Shown: positions 38,422-48,441 of the stretch, in pieces | How the letters are laid out: each line of letters begins with the position of its first letter | How positions within the stretch are numbered: the stretch's first letter is position 1 | Source: a virus | Lineage: Duplodnaviria; Caudoviricetes | DNA length: 64,000 nt | IMG/VR virus record: IMGVR_UViG_3300028914_000071 | Coordinates: 1 to 64,000 of that record | Strand: one strand, 5' to 3' | Notes under the pieces: model-generated | Databases searched by the model: none | Told to the model about the DNA's origin: nothing | Seen by the model: only the letters and a program-made list of their open reading frames with translations | Made by a program: the position numbers and the translations under genes

Positions 38422-38752
38422 ATTGGTAATTCCTTTCCGGTTTTAACGACTTGAACCTGTCGATAGTAAATTAGTTTTCTTAGGGTTTAGGTCGTTTCCC
38501 TTACCCTGTAATTATATTATATCATATAGGGGCGCATTTGTCAATAGTTTTTTTAAAATTTTTTAAAAATTATTTTATGGTAAATATGGAAGGATTTGGC
38601 AAAGCGCCCGGGCATTTTGGTAGAAATTACCATTTATGGATAAAAAAGAATGGACGGTATAAACCGTCCAAACTTTTAAGAAACAACCTACGGAGGTATG
38701 AAAATATTGGGATGGGACTTTTTGGTGGGAAATCCCTCAGAAACCCATAAGA

Positions 38753-39250
38753 TTAGAAATCTTCCTTAGTTGGTAAAAGTGAGTAAATTGTGCCGTAACG
38801 ATATACACGGTGAGTAATTACTTTACCCTCTTTTATAAGGCGGTCCATACATACAGTAACTATATGGTCATGCCCGTAGCACTGGTTATCAAATTTGGTA
38901 TCTTTTTTTGCGAAAGCCATGTTAGAGTTGGCAAAACTTGCTAAAAGATTCTTAGAATACCACTCACCCTCTTTCATATTTGCAAGGAACATTTTGGTGT
39001 ATTCTTCCAGATATGTTTCGTTTCTCTTGATTCTCTTTGCCTTCTTTGTAGCTGTCATAGCATCATGGCAGAATTCGGCAATATTGTCATAATCATCTTC
39101 ACTGATGTTCTTTAAGCTGTCAATAGCTTCTTTAAGAGCGCTGGTAACAGCTGGCAATGACTTCTTTGTTGACAGATAGTCTTCACTGTGAGAAAAAATT
39201 GCTTCAATGTTAAGTGACTTAAGTGTGTTTGGTGTAGAGTTTCTTTTCAT
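38753..39250 (-). CDS. hypothetical protein (similar layout to 37933-38421)
   Basis: Helical N-terminus, winged-helix-like C-terminus. Confidence 0.8.
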   Translation of the reverse strand: MKRNSTPNTLKSLNIEAIFSHSEDYLSTKKSLPAVTSALKEAIDSLKNISEDDYDNIAEFCHDAMTATKKAKRIKRNETYLEEYTKMFLANMKEGEWYSKNLLASFANSNMAFAKKDTKFDNQCYGHDHIVTVCMDRLIKEGKVITHRVYRYGTIYSLLPTKEDF

Positions 39251-39519
39251 GGTAATTAGTCCTTCCGGTTTTATAGTCTTGTTACCTGACTTTAGAATTA
39301 TTGTTTACTTAGGGCTTAGGTCGTTTCCCTTACCCTGTAATTATATTATAGCACATCTTAGTCTGTTTGTCAACACTTTTTTAAAAGTTTTTAAAAAATT
39401 TTTTTTCGCGGCGAAATATGGAAGAATTACCATTTTCTGGAAAACCGCCCGGGCGATTTGGTAAAATTTACCAATTCTACTATACAAAAGTGCCGCCCAT
39501 TTCTGAGCGGCAAAAAGTC

Positions 39520-39972
39520 TTAAATCATTACAAAAGCATCGGCTCTCATGATATTATATCCACCAGTTGTCTTATCGTCATCATAGATAATATCACCATT
39601 TTTATCCGGACCATTTGCAACATGGCGGTGAGCACCAAATCTGCCATAAGTTACAAATTCTTCTCCAATCTGAAGGTCTTCCGCTTTTATCCATTTTCCA
39701 TTGAAACATGGTGGAATTTGCTGGATTCCCATTGCTCTCAGCATTACCAGTGCTACACCAATTTCTTCATAAAATGTATCATTTGGATGCGTCTTAGCTT
39801 CCCAGCTTTTTACGCCACGACTGTTGACACGTACTAACGTAACAGTATTTGTCTTCCAGTTAGTGTAGCAGTCATAGTGAGTTGTCTTATAGTTCTTTGA
39901 AGCAAATTCTTCAAAAGCCGCACGAATTGCCTTGATAGCCGCATTAATGTCACGATAGTTAAAATTTTTCAT
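39520..39972 (-). CDS. hypothetical protein (paralogue family)
   Basis: HPNDTFYEEIGVAL. Confidence 0.82.
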   Translation of the reverse strand: MKNFNYRDINAAIKAIRAAFEEFASKNYKTTHYDCYTNWKTNTVTLVRVNSRGVKSWEAKTHPNDTFYEEIGVALVMLRAMGIQQIPPCFNGKWIKAEDLQIGEEFVTYGRFGAHRHVANGPDKNGDIIYDDDKTTGGYNIMRADAFVMI

Positions 39973-40315
39973 AGTAAAATCCTTTCCGGTTTTTAAGACT
40001 TATAACCTGTCTTTATCTTATGTATATATTATAGCATATCATAGCTCATTTGTCAAGCGTTTTTAAAAAATTTTTTCGCAGGATAGCTAATGGATGTAGC
40101 TCCCAGCTCTGCTCGTAGCTCCCATATATTCCATATATTCCCAGACTGCCATGATATGGGAGAGATGTAAGAATTTGGCGGCGAAATCAAGAATTGGAGA
40201 AATTGGTAAAATCTGGAAAATCGCCCGGGCATTTTTCCACAATTTTCCAGTAATACCATAAAAGGAAAACCGCCCATTTCTGAGCGGTCTTCCAAATGGA
40301 GGTATATATGGTCAA

Positions 40316-40648
40316 TTAGTGGATGATTTCTTCCTTAATATCCCACATCAGTGCGTCACGCACTCTGCGAAGTTTAGTCCATATGCAACCGGCGGTAAGT
40401 TCCAGTATATGGTCATCACCATCAAACCTTTCCAAACAATCAATAATCGGTTCATATGTTTTTCTGAATAAGTCGGCATAGTATTCAACCGCAAATGCCT
40501 TGTCTTTATATTCATCATAGTAGTCGGCAAGGTTGTCAATAGTTTCCCATGCGCTGTTGACATCATCAACTGTATGGTCATTGTTATCATTGATAACTGC
40601 TGACATAGCGGCAATAAGTCTATAAGCGTTTTTAAGATTAAGTGTCAT
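40316..40648 (-). CDS. hypothetical protein
   Basis: ATG after GAAAGGA. Confidence 0.8.
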   Translation of the reverse strand: MTLNLKNAYRLIAAMSAVINDNNDHTVDDVNSAWETIDNLADYYDEYKDKAFAVEYYADLFRKTYEPIIDCLERFDGDDHILELTAGCIWTKLRRVRDALMWDIKEEIIH

Positions 40649-40838
40649 AAAATCAAGTCCTTTCAAGTGGTTGTTTCCTTTACCCTGTAATTATATTATA
40701 TCACAACGGGGTGTAAAAGTCAATAGTTTTTTAAAAATTTTTTTATTGGATTTTTATGTAAATTTGCCCGGGCACTTTGCCAAAATTTTCCAGTAATGGT
40801 AATAAAAAGGTGCCGCCCATTTCTGAGCGGCAAAATGA

Positions 40839-41450
40839 TTAAAATGTAAGATTTGCTGGTGTAATGTCTAATTTAAATACACTGGAGTATGCGCCGTATG
40901 TTTTTGTTACCGTGCGTCTTAAATCAACTGTCATATTGTCATAAACATGACCACAAGTATAAGAATTACATGGTTCTGTCGCATCTACATTAGTTACCAT
41001 ATCTGCGATGACATTAAGTCCACAAACAATATAAGGTTTATCATTAAAGTCGATGAAAACGTCACCGCTTGCCAAGTTTTCCCAGTCTACGTACTTGCCA
41101 GTAAGTGGAATTTCACGGTGACTGTAACGTGCCCAAGCAAGTGCAAGCCCGTACTGTGCGTTAAACTTGTCTGATGGACTTAACTGCGCTTCCGCACGCT
41201 TGCCAGTTTTAATGTTGGTAATTACTGTCAGTCCTGTTGCTGTTGATGTTACCACGATGTTGCCGTAAATCTGACACACTCCGAGTTTATCGCTGGCATA
41301 GAGTTCCGGTTGACACCAGTTGTCAAAATTTACCTTGCCGCCATCCTTGTTGCTTACCCTGTCATATTCTGCCTGACAGAAACTGGTAAGACTTCTTACC
41401 ATGTCTACTACCCATGAGTTAACTGCTTTCTTAGTCTTTAAAATTTTCAT
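40839..41450 (-). CDS. hypothetical protein (paralogue family)
   Basis: TNIKTGK...SPSDKFNAQYGLALAWARY. Confidence 0.82.
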   Translation of the reverse strand: MKILKTKKAVNSWVVDMVRSLTSFCQAEYDRVSNKDGGKVNFDNWCQPELYASDKLGVCQIYGNIVVTSTATGLTVITNIKTGKRAEAQLSPSDKFNAQYGLALAWARYSHREIPLTGKYVDWENLASGDVFIDFNDKPYIVCGLNVIADMVTNVDATEPCNSYTCGHVYDNMTVDLRRTVTKTYGAYSSVFKLDITPANLTF

Positions 41451-41709
41451 AATCTTTAGTCCTTTCTGAATTGAGGTTGTTTCGTAAGGTGTTTCCCTTA
41501 CCCTGTAATTATATTATAGCACACTTTGCGGCGGTTGTCAACACTTTTTTAAAAGTTTTTAAAAAATTATTTTATGGTATATTTACCATTTTCTGGAAAA
41601 ACGCCCGGGCACTTTGCCAAAATTTTCCAGTAATGGTACAAAAGGAAAGTGCGGCAATTTCTCACCGCACTTCCAGTTTTATGGAAACAACCTTAGGAGT
41701 TAGATAATA

Positions 41710-42123
41710 TCAACCGTTATCCCTTATATTGTCAATTGTTCTTTCAATATCTTCCTTTTCTCTCATAAACCAATTAAGTTTTGCCTTGTAAGTTTTTTCC
41801 CATCCCTGTAAGCTTTTGAGAACTCCATTACGGAACTGATACCAGTATTCAGTTGTTTTAACCTCTGTATCACCCCAAACCATAATGTCATTTTTACATT
41901 CTTTGTGAAGTTCTAAGTCTTTTGTAAGAAATTCCCTGATATCTTCTGCGCTTCCAATTAACTGGAATGGAAATTCATTATCTGCGATTTCTGTTACTTT
42001 CTGCCAAAGTGGTGCATTTTCTCCGAGTTCACGCTGTCCGGCAAGGTTAAATCTGAATTCAAATTCTCTTTTAACGTCCATATCAATATACACAAGATTC
42101 ATAAACATAATACATTCCTCCAT
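41710..42123 (-). CDS. hypothetical protein
   Basis: Own promoter and terminator. Confidence 0.8.
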   Translation of the reverse strand: MEECIMFMNLVYIDMDVKREFEFRFNLAGQRELGENAPLWQKVTEIADNEFPFQLIGSAEDIREFLTKDLELHKECKNDIMVWGDTEVKTTEYWYQFRNGVLKSLQGWEKTYKAKLNWFMREKEDIERTIDNIRDNG

Positions 42124-42323
42124 AGTTTACAATTAGTTGTTGTTCTTTTCGTTTAGGGTTTTCTCTTACCCTGTAATTATATTATAGCACACTTTGCGGC
42201 GGTTGTCAACACTTTTTAAAAATTTTTTTATTGGATTTTTATGGAAAATCGCCCGGGCACTTTTCCAAAATTTACCATTTTTGGAATAAACGAAAAGAGC
42301 GGCAATAAATGCCGCCCAGTTTT

Positions 42324-42545
42324 TTACTGTGGATTCTTAACTATAAAATCTACGTCAACTATTTCTACCTCATCATTCGTTTCTAAGGTGTTAAGATGGT
42401 TTCCTTTTAATTCAAAAGCATTATTATCTTCATCAGAATAGTCAATTTTTACATATAACTTACCATAAAGTTTAAAATAAGTACCTATTTCAAGAACTCC
42501 AAAATTTTCCTTTTTTAAGATTGTTCTATCAATAATCTCTGCCAT
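42324..42545 (-). CDS. hypothetical protein (paralogue of 43139-43384)
   Basis: Similar size and motifs. Confidence 0.78.
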   Translation of the reverse strand: MAEIIDRTILKKENFGVLEIGTYFKLYGKLYVKIDYSDEDNNAFELKGNHLNTLETNDEVEIVDVDFIVKNPQ

Positions 42546-42972
42546 TTTCTACCACCGTTATCCTTTCTTCAATTGGGTTTACCACTAATGTTATTATTTC
42601 TGCCGTACCATCATTCATTCTGACAAGTAAATCGACATTTGACATTTCTGAGAACTTATTGTCATATCCCATAAGTTCCCACTCCATAACATTGTCGAGA
42701 TTGTAATTTTCTTCCACGATGCTATAGATTGTATTCTCGTCAATTGTCAACTCATTACCATATGTTTCATTTTCTGCATAACGCTTGTAAATGCTAAAAG
42801 CATCTACTGCATTTAATACACCATCACCATTGAAATCCAAGTGCTGGTAGTATTCTCCATTAACTGTGGCATCTGCCACTACACTGGCAATTTCTGGTGA
42901 GAACCATGAATTGTAATTATCTGCCGGCATAGTTAGTTGTAATGTTAATAACAAAAATATGTTTGATACCAT
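42529..42972 (-). CDS. secreted protein with dockerin/EF-hand-like motif
   Basis: Hydrophobic N-terminus; LDFNGDGVLNAVDA; ATG after AAGGAGG. Confidence 0.65.
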   Translation of the reverse strand: MVSNIFLLLTLQLTMPADNYNSWFSPEIASVVADATVNGEYYQHLDFNGDGVLNAVDAFSIYKRYAENETYGNELTIDENTIYSIVEENYNLDNVMEWELMGYDNKFSEMSNVDLLVRMNDGTAEIITLVVNPIEERITVVENGRDY

Positions 42973-43138
42973 ATTAGTAACCTCCTTTACTATATTTATT
43001 ATACCATAGTTTTGCGGCAATGTCAACACCTTTTTAAAAATTTTTATTTGGTAGTTTATGGAAAATCGCCCGGGCGAATTGGTAAAAAATGGTAATTATG
43101 GTATAAAATAATGAGCGGCTCGAAAGCCGCCCAAAATT

Positions 43139-43384
43139 TTACTTTTTGTGTGTTACCGTAAGTTCAACGTCTACAAGAATACATTCTGTATCACTCGGAA
43201 AACATTCAATTATACCGTCATTTAAACAGACGGCGTTATTATCATCATAAACATTAACATTCGTCCTTATAAAAATGGCGTCCTCATTGTCAAAGCGGCT
43301 GTCAACCACCTTAAAACACTCACCCGCTTCAATGTCAACGAATTCAACAACATCCGGTCTTCTTGTTTTATCAATTATTTTCAT
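43139..43384 (-). CDS. hypothetical protein
   Basis: SD GAGAGG. Confidence 0.8.
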   Translation of the reverse strand: MKIIDKTRRPDVVEFVDIEAGECFKVVDSRFDNEDAIFIRTNVNVYDDNNAVCLNDGIIECFPSDTECILVDVELTVTHKK

Positions 43385-43399
43385 GTTAAATACCTCTCT

Positions 43400-43588
43400 T
43401 TACTTATTTAATACTTCTTCTGCGTATTCCATTTCCTGACAGAAAATGCCGTATTCTGTTTCAAAATTATAATCCCACTTTACGTTAGCATCGAGTAAAT
43501 CATCCTTGTGACAACCGAATAATCTAACACATTCTTCCTCACTCAGGTTTTCACCGAGTAAAACCATAAATTCCTCTCTTGTTGGCAT
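43400..43588 (-). CDS. acidic hypothetical protein
   Basis: Promoter, SD. Confidence 0.75.
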   Translation of the reverse strand: MPTREEFMVLLGENLSEEECVRLFGCHKDDLLDANVKWDYNFETEYGIFCQEMEYAEEVLNK

Positions 43589-43830
43589 AATAAACCATTC
43601 CTTTCTACTATCGGGTTGTTTCTTTCCCCTTACCCTGTAATTATATTATACCATACTGACGGGTATTTGTCAACACTTTTTTAAAAATTTTTTATGGTAG
43701 GGTTGGAAATAGTTGGAAAATCGCCCGGGCAATTTGGTAAAACTTTCCAATTTTGCGGCAAAGAAAAAGGCTGGACTTTCGCCCAACCTTTTCCATTATA
43801 GAAACAACCTTGGAGGTGTGAAAATATCAA

Positions 43831-43929
43831 TTAACCAAACAGAATGTTAACTACTAAGATAATTAATCCTGTAAGTCCGGCACTCTGAGCAAATGCCTTT
43901 ACGTCAACAAAACTTCTATAATTCTTCAT
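43831..43929 (-). CDS. small membrane peptide (32 aa)
   Basis: ATG after AAGGAG; hydrophobic C-half. Confidence 0.5.
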   Translation of the reverse strand: MKNYRSFVDVKAFAQSAGLTGLIILVVNILFG

Positions 43930-43944
43930 TTCTAAAACTCCTTA

Positions 43945-44190
43945 TTACTTTAATTTAAACTGTGTAGTAAAAACTTCTCCGCACTCGTTACATCTATATA
44001 ACATAGTGCTGTCACCTCTAACCTCTATACATTTCCAATTGCCGCCACAACCTGTACAAATACCGTGGTTATATTTGGCAGTATCTTCCTTGTACTGACT
44101 ATAATCACCTACGAGAATTGCGGCAAGTACGCCAACAATTGCCAGTGATACTATTACCTCAATTACTGTTACACCCTTAAAATTTTTCAT
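43945..44190 (-). CDS. prepilin-like N-terminus fused to a Zn-ribbon
   Basis: KG|VTVIEVIVSLAIVGVLAAIL; CTGC...CNEC. Confidence 0.7.
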   Translation of the reverse strand: MKNFKGVTVIEVIVSLAIVGVLAAILVGDYSQYKEDTAKYNHGICTGCGGNWKCIEVRGDSTMLYRCNECGEVFTTQFKLK

Positions 44191-44398
44191 AAAATCAAGT
44201 CCTTTCTAATTGGTTGTTTCCCTTACCCTGTAATTATATTATACCATATAGGCGGTCATTTGTCAAGCACTTTTTAAAAAAATTTTTTATGGATTTTATT
44301 GGAAAAATGCCCGGGCGATTTTCCATAATTTACCATTTATACCACAAAAAAAGTGGCGGTACGAATACCGCCAAAGTTCTACCATATTTTTCTATTTA

Positions 44399-44692
44399 TC
44401 AGTCCATTATCCCTGCAACATTTGGTGTGTTTATTGCCTGATTTATCAGTGTAGCAGTACAAAGTAAAAGTTTTAACGAAAAATGTATTGCTTCACGAGT
44501 ATCTGTCGTAACTGCTGACTTTTCGCCGTCAGTAATTTTAATCGTTACTTCATTTGTCTTATCGTTCCAATCCACGATGTCAATAGTACCGTGGTTAATT
44601 CCTGTTAAATTATTATACTTTTTAACTGTTTCACAAATTTGCCTTGTGATTGGTCTTGTAAAGTCTACTTTTGTTACATCAAACATTGTCAA
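44399..44692 (-). CDS. hypothetical protein
   Basis: ORF with SD GGAGG. Confidence 0.75.
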   Translation of the reverse strand: MTMFDVTKVDFTRPITRQICETVKKYNNLTGINHGTIDIVDWNDKTNEVTIKITDGEKSAVTTDTREAIHFSLKLLLCTATLINQAINTPNVAGIMD

Positions 44693-44828
44693 TTACCTCC
44701 ATAAATACCTTAAATGCATTAAAACTTAAATACTCTTGATTTGTTAAGTTGTGTGTAATTACGTCAAAGAAACTAACTATAATCCACACTATGAATAATG
44801 CCGCAATGAAACCGAGTAACTTTTTCAT
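44679..44828 (-). CDS. small membrane protein (49 aa)
   Basis: MKKLLGFIAALFIVW after promoter and GGAGGTG. Confidence 0.65.
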   Translation of the reverse strand: MKKLLGFIAALFIVWIIVSFFDVITHNLTNQEYLSFNAFKVFMEVIDNV

Positions 44829-45102
44829 TGCTATCACCTCCGTTTCTATATATATTATAGCATACTATAGCTCATTTGTCAAGCGTTTTTGAAAAAATTT
44901 TTGCGGCAAACGTAGCTCCCTAGTCGTTCCATATTTACCATATTTTTCCGCCTGGACAATTTTGTAATATCTGGAAAACTGCCATACTATTTGGAAGAAA
45001 CTGGAAAATTGCCCGGGCACTTTTCCAAAAAATGGAAATTATGGGACAAACGGAAAACCGCCCACAATTGTGGACGGTCTTCCAAAATGAGGTATATATG
45101 GA

Positions 45103-45399
45103 TTATTTGATAATTTCATAAATTTTATTGTCAACCTGATAAAGTGTACCATCAATGGTACGATATACCACTGGATTATCCTCGTCATCAGTGTTATAGA
45201 ATGAGCAATCAGACTTGATGCCGCAAGCACTGAGGAGCATGAAAAACGTATGATATGAACATTTATAACCACTATCAAGGCAAAGCCACAGATAGAATGG
45301 AACGCCAGCCTTGATAAATCCCATAATTGTTTCCCAGTTTTTGCGAGTAAGAATAAGGTTGATAAGTTCACCGTTGAGTGTGTTGATAAAAGTAATCAT
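45103..45399 (-). CDS. hypothetical protein
   Basis: SD AGGAGG. Confidence 0.8.
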   Translation of the reverse strand: MITFINTLNGELINLILTRKNWETIMGFIKAGVPFYLWLCLDSGYKCSYHTFFMLLSACGIKSDCSFYNTDDEDNPVVYRTIDGTLYQVDNKIYEIIK

Positions 45400-45779
45400 A
45401 ATAAAATTCCTCCTAATAAATGGTTGTTGTTTCTTCTTAGTGGTCTTATCTCTTCCACTGTTATTATTATACCATAGTTCAATTCATTTGTCAACGCTTT
45501 TAGCTCACAAAAAATATGTGTTGAATTTGTGCAGGATGCACAGCTCCTTAGTCGTTCCATATTTACCAGCTTATCCCAGCTCCTTTATTGTTATATATTG
45601 GAAAAATGCCGTGCAAGCTGGTAAAAACTGGAAAATTGCCCGGGCCTCTTACTACAATATACCAATGGCATAAACTGGAAAAATGCCCGGGCATTTTTCC
45701 AAAATCTTCCATTTTTGGGGCGTGCGGAAGGGCTTCCACCTTTTGGCAGAAGCCCCTCTTTTATGGGAGAGATGGGAGA

Positions 45780-46211
45780 TTATTCCCACTCTCCTAATTC
45801 GTTACACTTTTTCCATGATTCGTAATCGGAGTAAAAATGTTCCATTTTCTTGTATCGTTCTACAATTCTGTCACATTCTGTCTTAACTTCCTCGAAATTA
45901 CCAATCACATTAAAAATTGGATTAACTTCAACTAAATTGTACTTATACCAACATTCACTCCATATTCCAGTAATTGGGTGATAACCCATTTCTTCGGAAA
46001 CCCTTGACAATTTTGTCTCAATTCTGCTATTAACTGCCATGTCTACCGGAACTTCCTCAATTTCCAGATAGAAGCCGTCCATGGTGGCTGTGGTAATCAT
46101 GTCACGGATAACCTCATCCGGCGTATCCTGACTGATTTCCCATCTCTTACCAACCTGAGTTTCCATTTTCTTCGCACCAATAACTGCTAATAAAACTACC
46201 ATTTTCTGCAT
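45780..46211 (-). CDS. hypothetical protein (paralogue of 47197-47631)
   Basis: Shared GIWSECWY / GMWSECWY and YESWKK. Confidence 0.82.
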   Translation of the reverse strand: MQKMVVLLAVIGAKKMETQVGKRWEISQDTPDEVIRDMITTATMDGFYLEIEEVPVDMAVNSRIETKLSRVSEEMGYHPITGIWSECWYKYNLVEVNPIFNVIGNFEEVKTECDRIVERYKKMEHFYSDYESWKKCNELGEWE

Positions 46212-46364
46212 AATAATTACCTCCATAGATATACCATTTGTTTCCTGTGAGGGTTCTTATCTCCCTCAACCTTATGTATACATTATACTGCTGCAATGTG
46301 ATAGAATTATGATAGTTTGGTGAAAACTGTGTGAAAACATATTTTACCATTATCAAATCTTGCG

Positions 46365-46475
46365 GTTAAATATTGTTACATTTTGCGCCGTCATATTGAC
46401 GTTAAATATTGTTACATTTTGCGCCGTCATATTGACGTTAAATATTGTTACATAATATCATCGTCATTTTGACGA
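46365..46475. repeat. 36-bp tandem repeat (2.4 copies) with CGTCA-N3-TGACG palindromes
   Basis: GTTAAATATTGTTACATTTTGCGCCGTCATATTGAC at 46365 and 46401, partial at 46437. Confidence 0.9.
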
Positions 46476-46614
46476 AACATTTACTACCATGATTACCAAA
46501 ATATGGAAAACTGCCCGGGCATTTTGGTATAATATGGTAATAATGGGGTATAAAGTAAGGGCGACCGAAATCGCCCAAACTTAGGAAACAACCTATCAAA
46601 TTAACTACACTTTA

Positions 46615-46824
46615 TCAAACATGGAGGAATTTGTAAAGTGTATCCAAAATGTCGTTTATTTCTCTTTTGTTGACAAACGGGGAAATAGTTTCCAGACCAC
46701 CCTGTTCACAAACACGGCAAAGTCTGACACTACCGTTGGCATATTCTAACTTATAATTTTTGCCAGTTTTTCTGGAAATGTTTGCCACCTTAACATCTAA
46801 TATCATTTTTGTTACTCTTGCCAT
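46615..46824 (-). CDS. basic hypothetical protein
   Basis: Promoter, SD. Confidence 0.78.
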   Translation of the reverse strand: MARVTKMILDVKVANISRKTGKNYKLEYANGSVRLCRVCEQGGLETISPFVNKREINDILDTLYKFLHV

Positions 46825-47196
46825 AATATACCTCTTTCCGAGCGTTACGCTCTTTGTTTCTATGATTATATTATACCACGGATTGCGGCGAAAGTCAAGT
46901 AAAAAAATCAGTGTTGAATTTGTGCATATTGCACAGCTCCCTAATCATCCATTTTTACCATAATTTACCATCCAGTCGTAGCTCCTTTTCCTTCCATATT
47001 TACCATATTTTACCACCAAAATATTTTTAACATATATTGGAAAACTGCCATACAAGTTGGTATAATATGGAAATTTGCCCGGGCATTTTTCCAGTATTTA
47101 CCATTTCGATGGCGCATGGGATTATATGGTAACTGAGTGAAATTTTAGTGGAACTCCCACCTTTTGGTAGGAGCCCCACATTTTGGGGAATTTGGA

Positions 47197-47631
47197 TTAT
47201 TCTTCCTCTTCACCCTCTCTATGGATTTTCTTCCATGATTCGTAAGTATGGTATTCATTTTCCATTTCTTTGATTAAATCGGTAAGTCTGTCAATTTCTG
47301 ACTGTACATCCGACACATCACCAATCAGACCAAGTTTTTCATCAACTACCACAAGATTGTTTTCATACCAACATTCGCTCCACATACCAGTTACTGGGCG
47401 GAAACCCATTTCTGTGGCAACTGCTGACATTAAATCTATAATGCGGTAACCAATGGTAAAGTCGCAAGGAATTTCCTCAACATCCAGAAAATAACCAGCC
47501 TGGGCAGCACTGGAAATCATGTCCTTAATATCCTTAATTGGAGTTTCAAGGGTGATTTCCCAAGTATTGACAGCCTGAGTTTCCTGTCCCTTTGCGCAAA
47601 GAATAGCCAGTGTGATTACAAATTTTTCCAT
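47197..47631 (-). CDS. hypothetical protein
   Basis: SD AGGAGG. Confidence 0.82.
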   Translation of the reverse strand: MEKFVITLAILCAKGQETQAVNTWEITLETPIKDIKDMISSAAQAGYFLDVEEIPCDFTIGYRIIDLMSAVATEMGFRPVTGMWSECWYENNLVVVDEKLGLIGDVSDVQSEIDRLTDLIKEMENEYHTYESWKKIHREGEEEE

Positions 47632-48176
47632 AATAATGTCCTCCTAAAAATTGGGTTTGGGTTGTTTCTTCTTAGTGGTCTTATCTCTTCCACTGTTATT
47701 ATTATACCATATCCCGCCGCAGATGTCAAGTAAAAAAAACAGTGTTGAAACTGTGCAATATGCACAAAGTCAGGAAATCACAGTTCTCTCATATTTTTCC
47801 ATGTTGTGGTTTTACAGTTTTCCCAGCTTCTCCCATTGTAAAATTTCCCCTATTTCTGACATAAAAACCCAGCTCCATCTTCTTCCTTTTTTAACAAATT
47901 TTACCATCGGAACGTAGCTCCCTGTTCGTTCCATATATACCAAAATTTTCCACCGAAAGACATTTGTTATATTATGACATATATTATACGATTTGTCAGA
48001 CCTGTAAAAATCTGGAAAATCGCCCGGGCATTTTTCCATATATTTCCAAATTGCCCGTGCATTTTACCATATTTTTCCATGGAAAATTTTTCCTCGCTCG
48101 GCAATTTGTTATATTTTACCAATTCTATAATACCAGAAAATGGAAGCCTTGCTTTTGACAAGACTTCCAAATTTTA

Positions 48177-48374
48177 TCAATAATCGTAATCACTGGAATA
48201 AATGTCCCATCTTGGTTCAATTTCCATTAATCTGGTAGTTACGGTATAATCTGACTCATCTTGTATTTTTCCTCTTTTTCTGTAAAGATTTAACAGTGGT
48301 TCCACATCTTCCTCATAATAGCAACGAATTGGAAACCATTCCCCTTTAATTCTAATTTCCCAAACTCTTGACAT
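48177..48374 (-). CDS. hypothetical protein
   Basis: ATG after GAAAGGA. Confidence 0.72.
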   Translation of the reverse strand: MSRVWEIRIKGEWFPIRCYYEEDVEPLLNLYRKRGKIQDESDYTVTTRLMEIEPRWDIYSSDYDY

Positions 48375-48441
48375 ATATACCATTCCTTTCTAATTTATGG
48401 GCGGAACTCCCATTTCTGAGAGTTCCCTTCCCAATTACCAC

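Larger units (their letters stand above)
27966..40013 (-). promoter_or_regulatory. 14 copies of a covarying 5'-UTR hairpin plus AAAACCGGAA(A)GGA SD element, downstream of sigma-A promoters
   Basis: Copies near 27966, 29054, 31173, 31512, 32449, 33090, 34163, 34914, 36026, 36988, 37524, 38431, 39260, 39980. Confidence 0.85.

Noticed and set aside
29051-48183. Short ORFs spanning promoter and linker DNA (e.g. 29051, 30200, 31616, 37654, 38538, 40053, 41471, 44214, 45588, 47812, 47964)
   Set aside because: They run through terminators, linkers and promoters and share linker-derived peptides such as KxPGxF.
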